Part shown: piece by piece, positions 9,601 through 14,934 of the stretch
How the letters are laid out: every line of letters begins with the position of its first letter
How positions within the stretch are numbered: position 1 is the stretch's first letter
Assembly (NCBI GenBank): GCA_027593235.1
Contig: JAQCIU010000050.1
Span: 1 to 17,882 of the forward strand
DNA: 17,882 bases
Reading direction: 5' to 3'
Source of the DNA: Chloroflexota bacterium
GTDB taxonomy: Bacteria; Chloroflexota; Dehalococcoidia; UBA2979
The notes under the pieces: model-generated
Seen by the model: only the letters and a program-made list of their open reading frames with translations
What the model was told of the DNA's origin: nothing
Database searches by the model: none
Program-made: the position numbers and the translations under genes

Positions 9601-10111
9601 GTCGGGTACCGCGTCCACCGCCGCCCGCGACTGCCTTGATCATCATCGCGGATCCCGCCGGCAGCTCCTCGTAGAACCGTCGCGCGTCGTCGAGGGTGGT
9701 CGCCGTGCTGGTACCGGGCAAGACCGGGACGCCGTGCTCCGCGGCGATCGCCCGCGCACGCACCTTGTCCCCGAACGCCTCCAGCGTCAGGACATCCGGC
9801 CCCACGAACGTGAGGCCTGCCTCGCCGCACCGGCGAGCGAACTCCGCGTTCTCCGCGAGGAACCCGTAGCCGGGATGAACCGCGTCACACTCGGCCCGGA
9901 GTGCGGCCTCGACGACCTGGTCGATGTCCAGGTAGGGGGCCGCGCCCCGACCCGACAGCGGACGGGCCTCATCCGCCTTGCGGACGTGGAGGGCGTTCGC
10001 GTCGTCCTCGGAATGGATCGCGACGGCCCGGATCCCGAGATCCTGCGCAGCGCGGATAATCCGGACGGCGATTTCGCCGCGGTTCGCGACAAGTAGTCCC
10101 GATGCGTTCAC
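6680..10111 (-). CDS. Single-chain biotin-dependent acyl-CoA carboxylase (BC-BCCP-CT fusion, LCC type), paralog 2, 1143 aa
   Basis: Same domain order and motifs: VANRGEIA, VHPGYGFLAEN, RECSIQRRYQK, ETNARLQVEH, EAMKM (Lys codon 8399-8401), EGGGGRPGD, GRCFAGN, DTPGIMVGP and RKGYG. GTG start with GGGAGAG just upstream on the minus strand. Confidence 0.95.
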   Translation of the reverse strand: MNASGLLVANRGEIAVRIIRAAQDLGIRAVAIHSEDDANALHVRKADEARPLSGRGAAPYLDIDQVVEAALRAECDAVHPGYGFLAENAEFARRCGEAGLTFVGPDVLTLEAFGDKVRARAIAAEHGVPVLPGTSTATTLDDARRFYEELPAGSAMMIKAVAGGGGRGTRPVTDSSRLDELYARCESEARLSFGNGALYVERLIPRARHIEVQILGDGTGAVTHFRERECSIQRRYQKIVEIAPAPHLPAGLRQRIIQAAVRMATGLNYRSLGTFEFLVDATQVRDDGEFFFIETNARLQVEHTVTEEAMGIDLVQAQLRVADGATLAELHLEQDAVLPPRGYAIQTRVNMETMTSDGQVRPSGGVLAAFDPPHGPGVRVDTFGYAGYRTSPSFDSLLAKVIVHSPSSSFEDAVTRAYRTLSEFRIDGVSTNIPFLQNLLRHPDFLSGNTYTTFVDDHIAELARADEVHPRRFFDLETAHADEAAAPPSGLAGAQIDRSDPLAVLTFGQAERDKLDASRSAGGGSDTAATAGPDGTVALRSPIQGTVVSVLVGPGDVVRRGQTLLIMEAMKMEHEIAADRSGVVREITVEPGDIVVEGRPLLFIEEAEVGGEALADEEMVDLDEIRPDLQRILDRLDTTYDHSRQWAVERRRARGQRTTRENIAQLLDDDQPFLEWGQLVLAAQSRRRTLEDLIEKTSADGMVTGVGIVNGDLFDEPHSSVAVIAYDYTVLAGTQGSRNHRKTDRMLKVAGWGRMPLVFFAEGGGGRPGDTDEPTGGPHEQGSFSALARLSGLVPLVGITSGRCFAGNTALLGICDVIIATANSTIGMGGPAMIEGGNLGIFTPEEVGPMSFQVPNGVVDIAVEDEVEAVEVAKRYLSYFQGRRRTWETHDQRLLRRIVPEHRLRIYDIRKVIETIADIDSVLELRPQFGLAMVTAFARIEGRPIGIVANNPAHIGGAIDADAGDKAARFMQICDAFDIPILFLSDTPGIMVGPEAEKGALVRHANRMLVAGPNLTVPFFTIVLRKGYGIGAIAMGGGYYKEPLFLVSWPTGEFGGMGLEGQVKLGFRNELAAIEDPEERLKEYERLVAEAYERGGALNVATSFGIDQVIDPAESRTWVANILRAMRPPAPREGKKRPYIDTW

Positions 10112-10171
10112 GTAGCACTCTCCCGTAGCTCGCGGTTGGCGGCGCCTCGATCATGTTCTTCACGGATGTAC

Positions 10172-10177
10172 TAGAAT
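10172..10177 (+). promoter_or_regulatory. Candidate -10 element (TAGAAT) for the Crp/Fnr gene
   Basis: Near-consensus TAGAAT in the AT-richer divergent intergenic region. No convincing -35. It lies downstream of the ORF-track start at 10153, which supports a later start codon. Confidence 0.3.
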
Positions 10178-10254
10178 CGCGCCCTGTTGTCGGCCCACCG
10201 AACGGCCAACAAGCAACCCGGCGGGAGACGGCCAGACCCGCGGAGGCGCAGCGC

Positions 10255-11073
10255 ATGTCGGCGCGAGCGAGACAAGTAGTACGAAGACATCCCACATATT
10301 TGGGCGACTCGGCTGCGAACACTCCGAAGGGATCGTCTCGATGGGGTGCCGCTGTCGAGGCCGCGTGCAGAAACGTGGTTCTCGCGTCGCTTCCCCTCGA
10401 CCTGCTTGAGGAACTGCTGCTCCATGCATCAGTTCTCAGTCTCAAGACCGGAGACGTGGTTGAGCGGCAGGGCGGGGCGAAGCGAGTATTCTTTCCGTTG
10501 AGCGGCATGCTGACTGGTGTGCGAACGCGCGAGGACGGCTCACAATACGCGTACCTGCACCGAGGCCGTGAGAGCGCCGTAAACGCGATCGGGCTGGCGC
10601 GGGCGGAGGCGACCGTGGCGGGCGGCGACCTTGTTGTGGACATACCGGGTGTCGCCCTCACACTGGAGGTGGATTACTACCGCCAGGTCTTGGAGCGCTC
10701 GCCGGCGCTGACACGGACGTTGCTCACCCACGCGTCCTACGTCGTCAGCTGGCGGGAGCAGGCCGCCGACTGCTCGGGGCATCACACTGTCCGCGCCCGT
10801 ACCGCGTGCCTGCTGCTGATGCTCACGGCGCATCAGAGCGTCGACTCGATCCAGGTCACACATGCTCGCATCGCTGACGTGTTGGGCGCGCGACGCCAGT
10901 GGATAACTGAAGTCCTTGGCGGACTACAGGTGGCAGAAGTGATCACGTTGGAACGCGGGCGAATCACGGTCCTCGACCGAAACGCCCTGTGGCACGAAGC
11001 ATGCGACTGTCGCAGTAACGTGGACAGCGTCCTTGGCTTGCAGTTGGCGGGCCGGTTCGAGGTCACCGGGTAG
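10255..11073 (+). CDS. Crp/Fnr family transcriptional regulator (cNMP-binding-like domain plus C-terminal winged HTH), about 272 aa
   Basis: NVVLASLP, VFFPLSG, HTVRARTACLLL, HTH THARIADVLGARRQWITEVL, RGRITVLDR and terminal ACDC. Start chosen at ATG 10255 because GGAGG lies at 10242-10246; the ORF track extends to 10153. Confidence 0.85.
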   Translation: MSARARQVVRRHPTYLGDSAANTPKGSSRWGAAVEAACRNVVLASLPLDLLEELLLHASVLSLKTGDVVERQGGAKRVFFPLSGMLTGVRTREDGSQYAYLHRGRESAVNAIGLARAEATVAGGDLVVDIPGVALTLEVDYYRQVLERSPALTRTLLTHASYVVSWREQAADCSGHHTVRARTACLLLMLTAHQSVDSIQVTHARIADVLGARRQWITEVLGGLQVAEVITLERGRITVLDRNALWHEACDCRSNVDSVLGLQLAGRFEVTG

Positions 11074-11257
11074 CGAGCCGCGCTACGGACGTGACGCTTT
11101 GGCCCACCACTGGGCTGATGTTGGCCCATTACGGGTGCTTTAATGGCGCGTCGATCGGTAGGGTGAGAGCTCGCCGTCGGCACTCGCAGGGGGGCTGCGA
11201 GGAGCGCCGCGAGCGGAACCGATTCCACTCCGGTCAGAGGGACCTAGGAGGCCGAGG

Positions 11258-12955
11258 ATGCGAGACCGAAACTACTGGACGAGGAATGGCCTGAGTCGAC
11301 GGAGTCTCCTCCGTGGCACCGCGGTCGTGGGCGCCGGAGTCGCCGGAGCGGTGCTGATCGGCTGCGGCGATGACGACGAGGGCGATTCCGGTGGAAGCTC
11401 AAACGCGGACGGGAGCTCGGGCTCAACGGGCGGGGTGTTAAAGGTCGGCACGACCTCCACCCCGAACTTCGTGCGAATCCCACTCAACACCGCTGGCAAC
11501 AACACACCAATCGACCAGACGTACACGATCTTCAATCGGCTCGTTCGCGTTGGGAAATCGGAGCTGAAGGCTGAGCCGGGTGATTATGCCGACCTGACGC
11601 GCATGGTGAACCAGGACTTCGAGATCTATCCGGACCTGGCACCGAGCTGGGAAACTCCCGATAATCTGACATGGATCTTCAAGGTCAGACCGGATGTCAA
11701 GTTCCACTCTGGACGGGCGCTGACTGCTGAAGATGTGGCCTTTACCTTCGAGGCCATCAAGGACGAAAACGTCGGCGGGGGAGGAAGCCCGCTCAACCTG
11801 ATGGCGGTCAATCTCGGCGAGATCACTGTGGTCGACAACGAGACCGTGGAGATCAAGCTGACGAGGCCGACGGGCTACTTCGGCACCCTGGCTGCTCAGA
11901 CCAACATCGCTGACCGAGACACTCTCGATCAGAACGAGGACGGCGTCCTGATCGGGACCGGCCCGTACCGATTCGAGAACTTCGACCCCAACCGTGGCTT
12001 CGACCTCGTTGCGAACGAGGATTACCACGACGGGCGTCCGCGCCTCGACAAGATCGAGTTCAAGCTCTTCGCGGATACGGCGGCGTCCGGTCTCGCACTG
12101 GAGACAGGTGATCTCCACTGGAGCGCCGTGGGTGTGGGTGGGCCCGAGAACGAGGCTCGCGTTCTCGGGAGCGACGACCACTACGGTGTCATCGGAACTG
12201 GGGTGGGCGGCCGAGTCTTCCGCCTCCGGGCGGACCTGGCCCCGACGAACGATCGACGAGTCCGACAAGGCCTCATGAAGCTGCTCGACCGCGAGCGACT
12301 GACCTCGGAGTTCGCCGGGACGTTCGACGTTCCGGGTGCCTTGCCGTGGCAGCCTTCTTCTCCGGCCTACAACGCTGCGATGGACACGCCGGTGTACGAT
12401 CCTGCGGAGGCACGCAAGCTGTTCGCTGCGGCCGGCATCGTGGACAACGGCACCGTGCTCAAGGTGGATATTCTGCCTGAGCGCCTCGATGCGCCCGCGC
12501 TCGCTCAGTTCCTGCAGCAAGACCTCGCTCAGATGGGGATCGATCTGCAGATCGCGCCGCGTGAATACACCGAGATGATCACGCTCCAGACGACTGGCAC
12601 GTTCGAGCACATGATCGTTGGATTCGGCAACTGGATCAAACCCGGCGACCCTGCCGTGACGGTGCTCTTCTCAGATTCGTATGACGGTCGCATGAACGCA
12701 CCGTCGGAGACCGACCTGCCCTTGCGTGAGCGGCCTGGGCTCAAGGAGGAGCTCGTTTGGCTCGACATGATCGAAGCCGCTAAGAACGGCGAGGTCGATG
12801 ATTGGGACGCCTGGAACCAGATGTACCTCGACGTCGCCTGGAGTACGGTTCTCTTCCGCCAGTACGGTGCCGGGTTCTACACGAACAGTTACGAGCATCC
12901 GGATGGGTTCGATGCCGACGGTCGTTTCTACGCCAACACGATGGGCATCGTCTAA
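11258..12955 (+). CDS. ABC transporter solute-binding protein, family 5 (Dpp/Opp/Nik-like), predicted Tat-exported lipoprotein, 565 aa
   Basis: Signal SRRSLLRG, hydrophobic stretch and lipobox LIG-C36, then a Gly/Ser/Asp linker. Family 5 motifs PDLAPSWETPDNLTWIFKVRPDVKFHSGRALTAEDVAFTF, IGTGPY, NEDYH, PTNDRRVRQGL and YDPAEARKL. RBS AGGAGG at 11246-11251. Confidence 0.93.
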   Translation: MRDRNYWTRNGLSRRSLLRGTAVVGAGVAGAVLIGCGDDDEGDSGGSSNADGSSGSTGGVLKVGTTSTPNFVRIPLNTAGNNTPIDQTYTIFNRLVRVGKSELKAEPGDYADLTRMVNQDFEIYPDLAPSWETPDNLTWIFKVRPDVKFHSGRALTAEDVAFTFEAIKDENVGGGGSPLNLMAVNLGEITVVDNETVEIKLTRPTGYFGTLAAQTNIADRDTLDQNEDGVLIGTGPYRFENFDPNRGFDLVANEDYHDGRPRLDKIEFKLFADTAASGLALETGDLHWSAVGVGGPENEARVLGSDDHYGVIGTGVGGRVFRLRADLAPTNDRRVRQGLMKLLDRERLTSEFAGTFDVPGALPWQPSSPAYNAAMDTPVYDPAEARKLFAAAGIVDNGTVLKVDILPERLDAPALAQFLQQDLAQMGIDLQIAPREYTEMITLQTTGTFEHMIVGFGNWIKPGDPAVTVLFSDSYDGRMNAPSETDLPLRERPGLKEELVWLDMIEAAKNGEVDDWDAWNQMYLDVAWSTVLFRQYGAGFYTNSYEHPDGFDADGRFYANTMGIV

Positions 12956-12969
12956 CCGACCTGCATCGA

Positions 12970-13024
12970 GGCGGAGCGTAGTGTTCCCGGGGTGATCGAG
13001 TGCCCGGGGACGCTACCCTCCGCC
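12970..13024 (+). promoter_or_regulatory. Long intercistronic stem-loop after the binding-protein gene (mRNA stabiliser or partial terminator)
   Basis: GGCGGAG (12970-76) pairs with CTCCGCC (13018-24), and GTAGTGTTCCCGGG (12978-91) pairs with CCCGGGGACGCTAC (13003-16) using two G-U pairs. That gives 21 bp with one C-C mismatch and an 11-nt loop. No U-tract. Confidence 0.7.
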
Positions 13025-13063
13025 GACTGGGTGGGCGGTGGGTCCGATCGTCCCTGAGGGCTC

Positions 13064-14020
13064 ATGTCATACGTTCTTCACCGCCTTGTGACGCAGCTCA
13101 TCCCGGTAATGCTGGTCGCCTCGATGCTGGTGTTCCTGGTCGTGCGGGTGATCCCGGGCGACCCGGCGGCGGCGGCTGCCGGGGAGAACGCCACGGTCGA
13201 GGCATACCAGGAGGCGCGCGAGAAGCTTGGCCTCAACGAGCCGATACACACGCAATACTTCAAGTGGATCTCTGGGGTCTTTGTCGGCGATTTCGGGCAG
13301 TCGATCAAGGGCCCTCCAGCGTCGGAGATTATCGCGAGCGCGTTTCCGGCAACTCTTGAGCTAGCTGTCTATTCACTCACTATCGGGTTCGGCTTTGGCA
13401 TTGTGCTGGGCGTGCTCGCAGCGATCGATCGAGGCGGGTTCTGGGACTACTTTGCCGGTGTTTGGACGGGTTGGAACGTGGGGGTGCCCTCGTTCATTGC
13501 TGGATTGGTCTATCTCCTGGTCTTCGCGGTGTGGCTAGGCTGGTTCCCGGTGGCCGGGAGGGTCCCGTTCACCGAAAACCCGATCGAGGCGATGAAACAT
13601 CTCACGTTGCCGAGCTTCGCGCTGGGCGGCATTACCGCAGCGAATCTCTCCCGATATACACGGCAATCGATCCTCGACACCCTCAACGAGGATTACATCC
13701 GGACGGCCCGAGCGAAGGGCCTGAGTGAACGCGCCGTTATCTTCCGCCACGCGTTGAAGCCCAGCCTGATCCCCGTCGTGACGATCATGGGTTTGCAGCT
13801 GGGTTCCGTGCTCGGCGGCACGCTCGTCATTGAGTCGGTGTTCACCTGGCCGGGCATGGGACGAGCGTTGGTTGTCGCGGTGCGGGACCGTGATTACGTG
13901 ATGATGCAGGCCATCACCCTGCTGCTCGTGCTGATCTTCCTGACGGTGAACCTCCTTGTGGACCTCATCTACGTCGCGCTAGACCCTAGGATTAGGCTCG
14001 GCGCAACCGCGGAGTCTTGA
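13064..14020 (+). CDS. ABC transporter permease, DppB/OppB type, 318 aa
   Basis: IPGDPA, LGLNEPIHTQYFKW, GDFGQS, FPATLEL, HLTLP, EAA loop DYIRTARAKGLSERAVIFRHALK, IESVFTWPGMG, RDY and DLIYVALDPRIR. Multiple transmembrane segments. Confidence 0.95.
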   Translation: MSYVLHRLVTQLIPVMLVASMLVFLVVRVIPGDPAAAAAGENATVEAYQEAREKLGLNEPIHTQYFKWISGVFVGDFGQSIKGPPASEIIASAFPATLELAVYSLTIGFGFGIVLGVLAAIDRGGFWDYFAGVWTGWNVGVPSFIAGLVYLLVFAVWLGWFPVAGRVPFTENPIEAMKHLTLPSFALGGITAANLSRYTRQSILDTLNEDYIRTARAKGLSERAVIFRHALKPSLIPVVTIMGLQLGSVLGGTLVIESVFTWPGMGRALVVAVRDRDYVMMQAITLLLVLIFLTVNLLVDLIYVALDPRIRLGATAES

Positions 14021-14022
14021 CG

Positions 14023-14925
14023 ATGGCATCTCAAGAAACCGCCGAGATATCGCTGATACGCGCGTCCGAGCGTCACTGGTGGTCCGGCGCGGTTGAGGAG
14101 TTTCGGGGGATCGCGAAGGTGCCTCGCGGCCTCATCGCGCTGACGATTCTGGCGGCGCTCTTTCTCTTCGCGTTCGTGCTACCGGTCTTTGATTCGACTG
14201 ATCCGAACTTCATCATGCGCGAACCGAAGAACCAGGCGCCGTCGTGGGAGCACCCGCTTGGAACCGATCACCTCTCGCGAGACCTGCTGGCGAGGAACGC
14301 AGTGGGGCTGAGGCGCACGATCATCAACGGCCTTGGCGCGGTGGTCGCGGGATGGCTCGCCGGCATAGCAATCGGCTACACCGCAGGATGGCGGGGCGGT
14401 CTGACGGACATCTTGATCATGCGTGGGGTGGACACGCTGCTCGCATTCCCGGGGTTGTTACTCGCCATCGTGCTGATCACGATCATGGGCCCCGGTCTAT
14501 TCAGCGTGGGCGTGGCAATTGCCGTATTCAACATCCCAACGTCGGCTCGTCTCGCACGTGCGGGCGTGCTGCGTGAACGCGCGCGTGAGTACGTGGCGGC
14601 GGCACGCGCGATCGGAGCGCGGGAGCGGCGGATCCTGTGGCGCCATGTCGCTGTGAACACCTTTGGGGCTTTTGCGGTGGCGCTGCCCCTGGCCGTGGTG
14701 TACTCGGTGCTCACGATGGCGTCGCTTAACTTCCTCGGCCTAGGCGACAAGCCACCGAACGCGACGCTGGGCCAGCTGCTCCTGGATGGGAGCCGCTTCA
14801 TGCGTGACGCGCCGCACTACGTGCTTGGGCCGGTAATCCTGCTCGCACTGATGATGGCCGCGCTCAATTTCCTGAGCGATGTGCTCTCGGAGCGCCTGGA
14901 CCCGGTGAGGCGCCGCGCGGCCTAG
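14023..14925 (+). CDS. ABC transporter permease, DppC/OppC type, about 300 aa
   Basis: PSWEHPLGTDHLSRDL, MRGVDTLLAFPGLLLAI, EAA loop REYVAAARAIGARERRILWRHV, LNFLGLG and terminal LDP. ATG 14023 is preferred over TTG 14017 because GGAG lies at 14011-14014. Confidence 0.93.
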   Translation: MASQETAEISLIRASERHWWSGAVEEFRGIAKVPRGLIALTILAALFLFAFVLPVFDSTDPNFIMREPKNQAPSWEHPLGTDHLSRDLLARNAVGLRRTIINGLGAVVAGWLAGIAIGYTAGWRGGLTDILIMRGVDTLLAFPGLLLAIVLITIMGPGLFSVGVAIAVFNIPTSARLARAGVLRERAREYVAAARAIGARERRILWRHVAVNTFGAFAVALPLAVVYSVLTMASLNFLGLGDKPPNATLGQLLLDGSRFMRDAPHYVLGPVILLALMMAALNFLSDVLSERLDPVRRRAA

Positions 14926-14934
14926 GAGTCCAGA

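Noticed and set aside
3206-10111. Annotation of the large ORFs as carbamoyl-phosphate synthase or pyruvate carboxylase
   Set aside because: The ATP-grasp domain is shared, but EAMKM plus a crotonase-fold CT in BC-BCCP-CT order identifies acyl-CoA carboxylases. No pyruvate carboxylase TIM-barrel domain is present.
10153-10254. N-terminal extension of the Crp/Fnr ORF
   Set aside because: No RBS before 10153, a -10-like TAGAAT lies inside it, and GGAGG precedes ATG 10255.
11099-11140. Sigma-54 promoter at the TTGGC repeats
   Set aside because: The GG-N10-GC spacing is not met at either copy.
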